A stretch of 64,000 nucleotides of DNA. It comes from Carcharhinus amblyrhynchos. Lineage: Eukaryota. Numbering within the stretch: position 1 is the stretch's first letter; every line of letters starts with the position of its first letter. Below, in pieces: positions 13,659 to 26,060 of this stretch. Position numbers and translations under genes: made by a program. The stretch is from positions 69,874,001 through 69,938,000 of the forward strand of contig OZ336878.1 in NCBI GenBank assembly GCA_965287045.1, written 5' to 3'. The notes under the pieces were generated by a model. That model saw only the letters and a program-made list of their open reading frames with translations, made no database searches and was not told the DNA's origin.

Positions 13659-15707
13659 ATTTTGAGATAGAAACTTGGGTGCAGAACATACAACATCAGA
13701 AACTAGAATATGAAATGAAGTTTATGATGTGACCTTTTAAGTAGCTGATCAAACTCTACATTTTGTGCATCTGGCAATATTCTACAGTAGTATTTAAGCC
13801 ATTAAGCTGGACTGAAATAACTTCAAACTAATTTGAGTCCATCACTTACTTTGTACTCTTGTATTAGTTTGTTCAGCGACCTCCTCTTGATGCTCCTGTT
13901 TGTCCAAGCAAAATGGAAATAGTGCACAAAAATGTTTTTGTTTTGCCAATGATTTGTTTCCTAAAGGAACATGCAATACTAAGTTTTTTGCATGATAACT
14001 TTAGCCTGCAGGAGTTGATGAGTTTCCTGCTACAATTGTGGTAGGATGTTTATTTTAAATCTTTGGTACCATTTACCATGTCCTAAGGCCTCCTATCAAT
14101 TTTGTGTTGGATAATTTGTGTTTTGTCCACCATATCAGCTAGAATGTGCATTGTGGCCACGCCTAAGCATGATATTAAATGTATGGAATAAATTTGGGCT
14201 GAAATTTTGTGGCACAAGGTCCATAGTGAGCCCATGGCAAAATAGAAGGAATCTTGACAGATCAGCCATGATCTTATTGAATGGCGGGGCAGGCTCGAAG
14301 GGCTAGATGCCCTACTCCTGCTCCTATTTCTTATGTTCTTATGTTCTTAATCATCATTGAATACATTTTGTTAACTAACTTGCTCATAGGAAGCTGAAAG
14401 GGCATGCTACTCAAATCTTCCTGTTTTACAGGAGCCTCATGAGTCTAATAGCTGCACAGGATATTATGTTTGACAGTTGCCCTTTAGGCTACTGTTAAAA
14501 CTCCATTTGTGCTGCAGTGGTGTGCTTCAAAAACACTAAAGGCATATTATCTACTCTTCTAGGGTCCTTTTTCATTTTTTTGAATAAAGACATTAGAATT
14601 GAATCCCTGCACACTATATATATCCCATTAATTCATTGCCTAAAGACCCTCCTGGATGCTAAATAATATATGGTTAACAGAATGTCAATTAGCTGTTGTA
14701 GCCTGTTAACTGAATGTGTGAAGTTTGCTATGTGGAGTCTCTGTGAATGTAGTCAAGTTGTTAATAGATTTCATAGAACTGGCTATGTCAAAAGTGACAG
14801 GCATTCAATTGTGGTGACTGCCTTTTATAGAGAAAAGAAATTGCACTAAAATGCACTTGATATATTTTGTGCCCGTTGTGTTCCCACTTGCTGATGTACC
14901 ATTGACTTGCCCAACGTACTCATTTTAATACCTTCCTGGAAGTAAGATAGATGAGTGTTTAATCAGTGTTTAAAAACTCACTGTATTCAAACTTGTATGG
15001 TTTGAAGTTACCAAAAATGTCCTTCAGTTTGTGATTTTTTGCAACATTTAATCTTAAAGCATTTAGTGTGCATTAGTTTTTCAGAAGTTCTGTATATTGG
15101 ACAAGCTTGGTTAATGAAAATGTTTACGACTAGGCTGACTTAACACTTTGCTAAGTTTCTTCATTTACTCATTGTATTTATTGCATCAGTCTTATGTGGG
15201 ATACTTTTTCTTTAGAGTTATCCAAATAAAAAAAAAATTTTCAATGCAGGCAATCTTCCAAGGAAATGAAGTCTATGCTATTCATTTCTGTGGGTTTTCC
15301 TAATTATAAGCAAAAACATTATGCCACTTTCTGCTAAGTTTACTTCCAGGTGACGACAGCCTCTGTGGAATCATATTGTAGAATGATGAAAATTCCTTGT
15401 AGCAACCCAATTTTATTTTAAATTTGGTTTGATGCACTTTGTAATGCCATATAATCTTTATTAAGATCACATACATGACCCAAGGGCATGTTGCTCATTA
15501 TGCAAATTTCAATATATGGATGGATTGGGTTTTAGCCACTGAATGCCTGAATAAAAACTGTTCAGCAAAGGCTGCTTCACTTGGTATTGAGCAAAACTCC
15601 AGTATTGGAAATTTTGGATAGTTTTTGAAGTGCAATTAAACTTGAGGCTTGAATGGTTTGTAGGAGCACTGAAATGCTATGATGGCTGTTCTTCAGTTTA
15701 TTAAGAT

Positions 15708-15996
15708 TTTAAAGTTTATTTATTAGTGTCATACATAGGCTTACATTAACATTGCAATGAAGTTACTGTGAAAATCCCCTAGTTGTCACATTGCTCTGGT
15801 GCACTGAGGGAGAATTTAGCATGGCCGGTGCACTTAATCAGCACATCTTTTGGACTGTGGGAGGAAACCAGAGGAAACCCCGCAGACACGGAGAGACCGT
15901 GCAGCCTCCGCACAGACAGTGATCCAAGCTGGAAATCGAACCTGGGTGCTTGGTGCTGTGAGGCTGCAGTGCTAATCTCTGCGCCACCATGCCACC
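15708..15996 (-). mobile_element. HE1-related SINE with alternative 3' tail
   Basis: Reverse-complement relative of 11476-11712. Confidence 0.82.
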
Positions 15997-18829
15997 CAAT
16001 TTTATAACAGCAAATCTTATGGGTGTTTGGGACATTAGAGTAAGGTAATATTTGGCCCATGTAGACCATTAATTACATATTATGGCCTCTTTTCCCCCTT
16101 CATTTTAAGGATCACTGTTTATTTCCTGTACCACACTGAAAAAATTATTTGATTCTGTTATTAGAGCCTTATTAGCTATAATTCTCGTGTTTTTATGTAT
16201 CAATTTATGCACTGGAAGGCAACAGTTAGTTTAAAATGCTACAGTTAGTGTTGGAAATGGTTGCAGTCAACATTCATTTTTTAAATTCTCTTAGCTAGGC
16301 ATAAGATTCTTCCCTTTCAAGTTCATTGGCCTGGATTTTAGTCAGCAGAGAATGAACAGTACTTGATATTTCTCCTTGCAGCTGCCCACAGACTTTATGT
16401 AGTCTTTTGCATTACAACCTACAATATTATCAGGAGGCTGATAGAGCATTATGTACTTCACAGGGTATCTGAAAACTGAACAAGGCAAGTAACAACATGC
16501 CTCCCGATTTGAAGAATCCTTACCTAGACACGCAGTTGTAAGCTAAGAAGTATAAGTTTGACTTTTTTATTCAATATTAAATTGAATTGTGCAGAAAGCA
16601 AACAAGAGGCAAGAAAAGAAGATTGCAAGATGAGAGACAGAGTTTTAATTGTGGGGAAATAAGTGACGTCTCCAAAAAGAATTGAGCTCTGAAGGAATGA
16701 GAACTGAACCCATTGCCACTCTTCTTAAAATACTTGATATTTTTTAAAGCAATATTTTTAAAGATATTACATTCTAAAATGTTGCCTAGTTGCACTAATT
16801 GGTTGAAGGCAGATTTTCCATTTGGTAATGTACGAATAAGTTTGAGAAACTTGGCAGTGGCGGAAGAATTCTCTAAACTAGTGCAGTGTTGAAATGGTAA
16901 CTCAAAGTATGAAATATGACTTGAGTTGTGCCCATCATCTGTTGTTATTTGTGGAGTAAAGTTCATTTTACTAAAACCTTGATTGAGGTTACAGTATTGC
17001 ACTTTCAATTTGTTAGTATGTTACTTGCCATATTGGTCTGTGTTCCTGCAGCAATAATCAGGAATTGCAAAATACAGTGGGTTTGCAAGGTGCTGTTGAA
17101 TTAAACTTGGTAAATTGGTATAGTATCTGCCATAAATAGTAATACTATAGCCACAGTGCACCTGATGCTCTGAGTTAATATTGAGTCTAACATCAGGGTC
17201 CCTTTAGAGAGTGAGACACATCTTGCATTGTGGCCATGGTCCCTGCCCAACAAAGCAGTATTTCATCATCTTACTGACTTGTCATGTGAAATGGTTTTCA
17301 AGAGTCCAGAATTGAGCCTGCCTTATTGTACCCAGTTTCAATTCCAGTTGTAGCTGTTGTGTTGATGTGGCTCGTCTGGTTAGAATCCTATGATATTTGA
17401 AAAGCAGCACTTAGTCATTGCCCCCCTTGCCAACCTAAGCCTGAATGTTTATCTAGATACTTTGTAGGTTGCCAAGGACTAATTTATCATTGGAATTGTT
17501 GATGAACATTGAACCCTTGGAATAATTAGCAAATACTTTGTTAATCAGGAGTTTAAACAGATGGGGATTGTTTTCCAAAACTGCAGTGCCCTGCAGTTAT
17601 CATTGGTCATCATAACGTTTTTCAATGATGAAAGCATGGCTTCAGTCACCCAAGAGCTTTCACCTTTGCTCCATTGATATGTTTCCCCTACGGCTGTAAT
17701 ATTTGGTCATTTGTTGCCTTGAACTCTTCTTGGATGACAGGAGCCATATAATTAGAACTGGGTATAATGTATTTATGTAAGCAGTGATCCTGTATCTTTA
17801 TGTAGGACCGCAGTGCTGTCAACTAAGGAATGTGTCCGTACTATTATGAAACCTGCATTGAAATCAAGAGGCCCTGTAAGTTTCTGCCACAAGCTCCCTT
17901 TCCTGTGAGGGGCAGCAAAGACGAATTCGTATTGGTTTTGTAAATAAGGAGCAAAGTAAATGAGGACTATGTATTGTCAAATAAATTAGCTTTCTGACTT
18001 TTGCTGGTTAAGAAGGTTTGATAAAACTCTTAAAAAGTTACCATGTTTAAGCTGAACAAAAATCAAAACCAAAAAAAGACATTGGGAGCTTAGATTTTCA
18101 AATGGGAAGTGTGCACTGGCAAATTGTTTGTAACGTACGTGGATGTTATGTAGCAGTGTGCTCAATCAATTTAAACTTATAACTTTTCTTTCACAACTTT
18201 TCTTCCCGCACCTCCCCCTACCAAACATGTTGTTCTACATGCATCAGCATCTGTCTTACTATCATAGCTAGCAACAATAATTGCATGTTGCAGCCCTGAA
18301 CAGTTTTTCTAAAATATTGAAGTATTGGATAATTTTTGCCTATTGTAAAAGAATCACATTGTTCAGTGTGTTGTACAGGGCAAGTTCAGGATATCTAACA
18401 TCTGCAAATTCCAGGCTATTATCCACATTCTTCAAGGTGAATTGCACGCAATTATATTTGTCAGTTATTGGACCTAGTACAAGATCTCAACTCTCTCAAA
18501 GCTTTTGATCAAAAGTTGCCAGTGTTTTGACTACACTGCAGTAACGACTATCACTACTGCCATTCGAGTTGCAAGTCCCTAGTTGCTTTTGAAGGTGGTG
18601 GTGGCAGCCTTCCTGAATACAACTGAGTGGCATGTTGGGTTATGTTGGAGGACACTTGACAGTCAAAAATATGCCCGTAGGTCTGGAGTTGCATATGGGC
18701 CTTACCTGGTAAAGATGGCAGATTTCCTTCTCCAAAGGACATTAGCATTTAATTAGATGGGTTTTTAATAGTTTGGTTTCATAGAAATTGTTACTAAGGC
18801 TAACTTTTAATTCCCTATCTGTTTGTTTT

Positions 18830-19225
18830 TATTCATTTGTGGGACATGGGCGTTGCTGGCTGGCCAACACTTATTGCCCTCCCCAGTTGCCTGGGGCAAG
18901 TTGAAAGTCATGGAGCCGCATGTTGGCCAGACCAGGTAAGGATGGCAGATTTCCTTCCCTAAAGGACATTGTCAGGAAAACCCATCTGATTCACCAATCA
19001 ATAGTGGTTTTGTGGTCATCAGTAGATAATTAATTCCAGTTTTTTTTTATTGAATTCAATTTCCACCATCCCTGTGGCAGGATTTGAATCTATTATCTAT
19101 TATCAAATAAATTGGTTGGACTAAAACCTGGTGTTGTCAGACTTTTTACTGCAGGATTTGAACCCCAGAACATTAGCTGAGTTTCTGGCTTAATATTTTA
19201 GTGCCACTAAGCTGTTGCCTCCCCA
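18830..19225 (-). mobile_element. tRNA-derived SINE sharing its 3' end with the antisense LINE family (older copy at ~18555-18780)
   Basis: Tail ggacatgggcgttgctggctggccaacacttattgccc as in the LINE copies; body ggtaaggatggcagatttccttccctaaaggacatt; minus-strand B-box-like ggttcaaatcc. Confidence 0.7.
19089..19150 (+). mobile_element. PLE terminus micro-insertion
   Basis: Nearly identical to 58810-58859; flanked by 12-bp duplication gcaggatttgaa (19077-19088 and 19151-19162). Confidence 0.8.
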
Positions 19226-19354
19226 ACAAATTTATTTAAAGCAATTTATTTAAAATTTCCAGCTGTTGTAATAGGATTTGAATTCATGTTTTCAGATTAT
19301 GAAATATGGCAGAAGCTGTTATGTTAATATCCAACCTCTTCCTTTTTCTTACAA

Positions 19355-19487
19355 AAGCAAAAAATACTGCAGATGCTGAAAATCTTAAATAAAATCAGAG
19401 TTCTGGATAATCTCAGCAACTCTGGCAGAATCTGTGAAGAGAATCAGTTAATGTTTGAGTCCATGTGACTCTTGTACAGAACTGAAG
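19355..19487 (-). mobile_element. Old PLE-type 3' terminus of a second family
   Basis: aaaatactgcagatgctg...ctcagca...cagaac is a reverse-complement relative of 50468-50600. Confidence 0.5.
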
Positions 19488-22078
19488 AGGGATAAAAATG
19501 TAATGAAAAATATTCTTCCATCTATATGTTGTAATGAAACAGGGAATGAAAGTTTTTTGTTTACTTTCCAGGAAATTATATACAAATAATCACTGCAATT
19601 TTTAGTGATTTAAATGTTTTGAGTTTGTAACTTAAATGAAACTGATGCAAAAACATTAGAAACTGTATAAACTGGTACAGTTTATTGGTAACTACAACCT
19701 ACATATGAATAAAGCTGAATCATTCAATCAGATCCAAGTTAATCTGTAAGTTGGAACAGACTTGAGGGACTCATTGGCCTGTTGTTTCTTTGCAATGATG
19801 CCTCTATCTTTCTTTGAATTCCAGCAGTGCTCTAATGTTTTGAAAAATAATTTGAGTTTATATTATACTTGTCAATTAGGGTGGTTAATTTTTTTTGAAG
19901 CCTTTTTGATCAATTGCACTGTAATGCTAAAGTGATGTTGGTGTGTTCCTTTGTTTAATTGAGAAAGCAAGATGTCAACTAAACTCCGTAGTGCAAGCAC
20001 AGCCAAAGTTGGAAAAATAGAGAACTTTTATCCTCTGCAGCTGGCTTTGCCCACTGACTAGCCAGTGATGGTATAGAGCTATCATTTGTTTCTTCCCTCC
20101 AGTCCACGAAAATGAGTGTGTTTCCAACTTTCTCAATGCCATCTGGATGGAAGTACAGCATTTACCATGCAACAAACCAAGAACTTCTTTCTGTTCCTGT
20201 GTGGTTTAGTTCAGTGCTGTGCAATACATTTGCTCACTGAACCAATAAGTGAGGAATGCATAAATCTACCTTTCACATTGGTGGAATCTTGCTGCTGCCT
20301 ATTTAAGCAGGGAAGGAATTTGTTTCCCTTTAGCATGGTTGGCAGCATTTAAATAACCTGAATCCTGAATACACAATCAGAACCCTAAACCAGGAGCAGT
20401 AGGAAAGCACAAAGTAATGGGTTTTAATCTATGGGACTCACAAGAAGCTTTATTTGTTTCTTGGGGGCAATGCATGTCTTTTTGTAAAATATAGCGAAAA
20501 CTATATTAAAGCCCGACTTGTTAATTTTTTGTTTATCTTCATTGAAGTATAAGCTTAGTTACTCTGCTCATGGAAGATTTTACAAAATAAAATATTTTTA
20601 TTAAACAAGGAAATAAGCATGTTGCGCCTTTTTAAAAAAGTATTTAGTTTGCATTTACCAATGGAAGGCTTTTGCAGTTGTTTTTCTTTGCTTTAGTATG
20701 TATTTGGCCTCAAATTTTGCTGATAATCTTTGGCTGGAATGTATTTGCAGCAGGATCTTTCTACTGCACTATGCAGACTGCAAATGGACTTTAGATGTGG
20801 GAAAATTGTGTTTTCTTTTAATCTGAGGTTTAATGTTTGCCAAATTGTATTCCTCATTTAAATTACTAAAACTAATAAGCATTTTTATGACAAGAACTTG
20901 CTGTATGTGTTGTGCAAATATTTTGTGGTTTTCGATGCTCAAGTATGTTGGGTTGTGCAACTGGCATTATACCCCGTTGTGCTGAATGAATGCAGAAATT
21001 GCTGTTCTGATTTGCAGTCCTGTTAAATATGTATGTATATATTCATGTCTTATATCGTAATCATTTAACTAGTTCGTTGAATTTTCAGCTTCAAAATTGT
21101 GCCTTTGTCAGCTGCTATGAATAAAACATTTAACATAATCTTGAAGTATTTAAGTGGTCTGGCTCTTAGTGCAGCAGTACTAAAAAATATTAATGTTGTA
21201 GAATCTACTGTATTATGAGCTTGTGACTGTTATAACAAGTATGTAATTGTATAATACTAAAAATCGCAGTACTTTTAGTGATTGAATCCTGTCATTTACA
21301 GAAGATTTGATCTTGTATTTGTTACTTTAGATCTAAAACCAAGTTAACCAGATTATGATTTTGTTAATGGGGAAGGTAGTACAGTGCAGGCAATCAGTTC
21401 AATTTTTGTGTATGAGTGAGTTTTTTTTAAAAGGCTTTAAGACTTCAAAAAGTTACTTTACCAGTTGTAAATCTGGTCACATTTTTATTAGTATAAAGTT
21501 ACTGGCTGCTTTCATCCCTATATTCATGTTTATCAGAAATAATTGAAAATCATCCATAAAGTTAGTTAGTGATGGTTTCAATGAGATGTATGCTGCTTGA
21601 AACTTGAAATACCCAAATTATGAAACAATATAACACAATTATTTTAGTCTGCATTTTTTTGTTCGCATCTTGCCGCTGACTCCATTTTGCAGGCTATGGA
21701 CGAGTGTAGTGACTGATACATTTATGCTTGCTCCTTATCATTCTGGCTCTTGACTTCGATAAAATGAAGAAACAATAGATTCTGAAAATGTAAAAAGCAT
21801 TTCAAGTAAAAGATGCTGTTGAAGATGCACAAACTTAAATTGAAACTTAAAAAAATGGCCTTAAAGGTTCAGATGATTTCCCTTGTGAACCTAAGGCAGT
21901 CCAAAACAATTGAAGCTCGATTGAAATTGTTGTATTGAATCAGCTTCAAATCCTGTGAAAGCTGTTGGGTCTCAGCAATTCTTATTGCATAATGTAGTCC
22001 ATCTCTTGTTATTTTTCTCCGAGGAGTGGGAAGCCACAGTTTCTTGATTTTGCTTTGTTAGCATATTTTCATTAAGGT

Positions 22079-22419
22079 AGGCACGGTAGCACAGTGGTTA
22101 GCACTGCTGCTTCACAGCTCCAGGGACCTGGGTTCAATTCCTGGCTCGGGTCACTGTCTGTATGGAATTTGCACATTCTCCTTGTGTCTGTGTGGGTTTC
22201 CTCCAGGTGCACCGGTTTCCTCCCACAGTCCAAAGATGTGCGGATTAGATTGATTGGCCATGCTAAAATCGCCCCTTAGTGTACTTAGGTGCTTAAGTTA
22301 GAGGGACTAGCAGATAAAATATGTAGGGATATGGGAGTAGGGCCTGGGGCGGATTGTGGTCAGTGCATGCTTGATGGGCCGAAGGGCTTCTTTCTGCACT
22401 GTAAGGTTCTATGATTCTA
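22079..22419 (+). mobile_element. HE1/V-SINE-type tRNA-derived SINE, full length
   Basis: A box cacagtggttagca, B box ggttcaattcc, core gtgggtttcctccaggtgcaccggtttcctccc, CR1-like tail ttctgcactgta..ctatgattcta. Confidence 0.9.
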
Positions 22420-23768
22420 GATGGAAGCATTTCTGCAGTGTTAATCTATTACTGCATCATGCTTTTCTCTGTTCAATGTTCCAAATGTTGTGCTTTCTGT
22501 ATCCGTTATATCTGGTGACTGCATTTGAACAAGATGGTGTAAAGATGCACATTGTCTGTGCTTGGAAAGAAATCCATCTGTATTTGGATCTGCTGATTTT
22601 AAATATCCTAAAATAAACTTTCTGATATTTAGGAATTTAGAAAACACTCGAGTCAGCTTCAAAGCTGCCATGGGCTTTGTGTGTTAATCCTTATTTAACC
22701 TACAATGTCTCTGCTGACTGTCTGGAAACTTTCATTCTATTGTTACTATATAATTAAAGCATTATTCAAAATTGCAGAATAGTTTATTCCCCAATTTGCT
22801 TTACTGAAGAATCTACCACTGTCCGTGTTTGTTAGCATACAACCCAGATAATAAGATGTTGAACTTTGGAAGCTATCCCAGGTTTTAAAGAAACTGTCCA
22901 TTTTGCCCCCCTCTAACTCTACATAGTTTCACATTCAAATGACAATCTTAAACCTTTGTTGCATTAATATTTTAAAAATATAATTTTGCAGTATAGTAAA
23001 CCATTAGTTGGCTTCAATCAACAGAATGAGCTGATAAAGTGGAAGTGGGCATTTCTGTTTTGAAATTTTAATACTTTGGTGAAATAGGAGGATCCTTTTG
23101 CAACTAGGAGACAAATGGCTTTTATTAAATGGGGTCTGGAATACTGTGCATAGTTTTGTTCTCAATGGCACAGTCCACTCCAAAGAGTAGTGGAAGCTCT
23201 TGGTGCTCAGTGCTGGGATTTATGGGCTCCAGGAGAAATGGGGATCGGCTGGGAAAGTGAATCTGAGTTAAAACATCAGTCATTATCTTTTTGAATGTCT
23301 GGCTGCCTTCAGTGACTGTATAGCCTACTACTACTACTACTTGTGCTCGAACTGAAGAGTTGTTTCAAGTAGCAGTAGTTAGCTTGGCCTTAAGATGTGA
23401 AATATATTTACAGGCTATTTTGGATTTTTTGTGGGAATGCATGTCTAAACTTGGTCTACTTTAGTTGCATTTTTCATAGTTTCCTAATACTGCATAAGTT
23501 TGAAGTGCAGCAAGGCATAAAACCCACACTTTGTTACTCTGCATGCTATTAATATGCTACAATATGACCAGTCAGGACTGTTTACTTGTATAAAATATGA
23601 ATTATCTTTATCCAAGAACAGTCAGTTCCAAGATCTAACCATATTGAATGAAAAGTTGATTTGTTCAGTAAATGTCTGGTTTTTTGCTATGCTTGTCACC
23701 TGCTTCTTTATAAATGTTCATTTTGTAGTCTTACCACAAGTGTAAATATTTATTTTTTCCTTTTACAG

Positions 23769-23859
23769 GTGCCCTCATTGGCACGTAGGTTGTACCGGGC
23801 AGCAGGAAAGTTCCTTGACACTAACAAATTTTGCACAAGATGAGCACTTTGAAGAAAAG
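23769..23859 (+). CDS. SUCO: SUCO coding exon (~exon 2)
   Basis: ttttacag acceptor, aag|gttaga donor; 1+90 nt encoding (W)CPHWHVGCTGQQESSLTLTNFAQDEHFEEK, resembling vertebrate SUCO WLPSWRVCC...QKK. Confidence 0.8.
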
Positions 23860-24185
23860 GTTAGAAATTGTGTTTAAAATTACATTTTTAATAGGCTTGT
23901 AATTGCATAGTGGCTTGTAAGAGCATTAGAATGCTTTCACACATGGATGTTTCTTTGAAAGAAAATACACCCAAGATCAGTACTTTTGATGTCTATAAAT
24001 GTTTTTCTGTTAAAAATGTAGTTTTAAAAGTTGTATTTGGGTGGAGTGAATCATCATTGCAGAGTCTTGATTTTTCATAGGTGTAAATTACGTAATTTAT
24101 ATTAAATATCATGCAAACTACAGTTTGCTTAGATTTATGTAACTGCACTGAACCACATTTATGTTTACTATCTATGCTAATCTAG

Positions 24186-24287
24186 GCTACGCAGGATGTG
24201 ACGGGTGAATCAGGAGATGTGGAGCCTTCAGATGTCAGTGGTCATGTAGATGTGTTACCAGAAGTCTGTACAAAAGCAAGCCATCAG
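24186..24287 (+). CDS. SUCO: SUCO coding exon (~exon 3)
   Basis: ctag acceptor, cag|gtatgt donor; 102 nt, phase 0-0, ATQDVTGESGDVEPSDVSGHVDVLPEVCTKASHQ; an in-frame alternative AG ends at 24194. Confidence 0.7.
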
Positions 24288-25756
24288 GTATGTTATGACC
24301 AGGAGAGGTGGAAGTAAGGGGTAGTAATAAAGGCGTCCTTCATCTGTCTCTCTTTGACCTAAACTGGGTCTTTGTTTAAGAGGTTATACTTGTCAATTCA
24401 GTGAGTGCTTAATAGTTAAATGCTGTTGTAAAATTTTAGGGTTTTGAAGTATAAAACCCTTCTAACATATCTTCAGTTTCAAATTCCTAGCACTAAGATC
24501 TTCTATGTGTGACCTAACGAGGGACTAGTTTTTATGAATCCAGCAGAATTTATGAAGCAACATTTGATGTATACTTAACAAAAAACAATGACGGCAAGAT
24601 GGATGTTTCTTATTTCTCAAGCTCATAAGTTTCCTTGAGCACTGCCAGCATAGGTGATGACTTTCTATTCTGTTTCTCCAGTGATGTTGAACTATGTTTA
24701 GAAGAATCATACCCAGAAGCCATGGCAAAACTATGCCAACAAATCCAATTTTCCAAATATTTCACTATTCCAGAATCCCTTATTTAGAAATAGTCCAAAT
24801 TCATTCATCTCTTTAGTTCAGGATGCAGGTCATCTAGAGTCATATACATGAAAGGCAACTGTCCTTCCCTGGTCCTTTGGTCCCCACAGTTTAAATTTTA
24901 ATAATACACTTTAGATAAAGAGCAGTTACAAATTGCATCTTCAACATATTTTAACCTAAGCCCACATATCTTAAAGCTATTAAGAACAAGAGTCAATAGC
25001 ATTTCCCTCTATAATGTCAAACAGAAAGAAATGGTGCCCTTTAATGCAGGTGCTAATCCATTAAATTAATACATGGATTTTGTTTAACAATAGTGTCATC
25101 ATTTTAGCTATTTCTTCCAAGCTCATAAAACGACTCTTAATTATCCAAAATACGCTGAGACAACGTGCAACTGCGTATGTCAAGGCTCTTGGGCAACTTA
25201 AAATCATAGCCATTTAAGTGTAGTTTCTCACAAATAACTGCCATCATGTAGTTTCCCAACTAGCAGAAATTTAAACAGAACTACTAAAATGTGGTTTAAA
25301 ATAAAATTCATATGTTGCTTCAAGCCAACAGTAAGTAAACCCTAAAAAGTAGAAGTAACATCAAAATTGTCAGGCATGTTTTCTTCAGTGTAATGAAGTA
25401 AGAAGATGCTTTTATTACAGTAAAAGCAGAACTAAGTAAAATATAAAAATACATCTGCCTCCTGTTTCACCACATACAGAAATGCAGATTACAGAGTAGG
25501 GAAGGATAAATTTTGCCAAATTACAGTTCATAAAGATAAACAAAGTTCACAGTTTGCAGCTTGTAGCTGTAGTTTGGCTACAGCTACAGCCCAAAGGCTG
25601 AGCCTCTTTGAAGGTGTAGCTGGTATTTTCCCTTCTGGCAACGCTGCTGGGGAATTGATATCTATCTTTAAAATCTGTATAGAGTAGCAATAAAGACCAA
25701 TTAACTTCAGTCAAAAGGGCTCAGTCTTCAAAGAGCAAGAAGCTATCAATCGGTAA

Positions 25757-26060
25757 GATGGCACCATGGTTAGCAATGGCTGCCTCAACGCCAGAGACCC
25801 AAGTTCAATTCCGGCCTTGAGTGACTGGAGTTTGCAAGATCTTCCCATGTGGGTTTCCTCTGGGTGCTCAGGTTTCCTCCACAGTGTAAAGATATACAGA
25901 TTAGGTGGATCAGCCATGTCAGTTGCCTCTTAGTGTCCAGAAAAGTAGATTAAGGGGGTAAGTGAGGAAAATACATGGGGATATAGGGATAGGGCCTGGT
26001 TCAGAGTCACTGCAGACTTGATGGGCTGAATGGTTTCCTTCTGCACTGTAGTACTCTATT
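25757..26060 (+). mobile_element. HE1-type SINE
   Basis: Same head, core and tail as 22079. Confidence 0.85.

Noticed and set aside
16577-17008. 143-aa minus-strand ORF
   Set aside because: AT-rich, no recognisable motif or splice structure; probably chance
15380-17700. Scattered C-box-like ATGATGA motifs as possible intronic snoRNAs
   Set aside because: No convincing D box with terminal stem or rRNA-complementary guide was seen
20116-20352. ORF containing hydrophobic MQQTKNFFLFLCGLVQCC as a candidate SUCO signal-peptide exon 1
   Set aside because: The donor-like sites examined are phase 0 or 1 while exon 2 needs phase 2; no CpG-island context and no resemblance to known SUCO N-termini
22079-22150. 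tRNA-like A and B boxes
   Set aside because: SINE heads rather than tRNA genes; they continue into SINE core and tail
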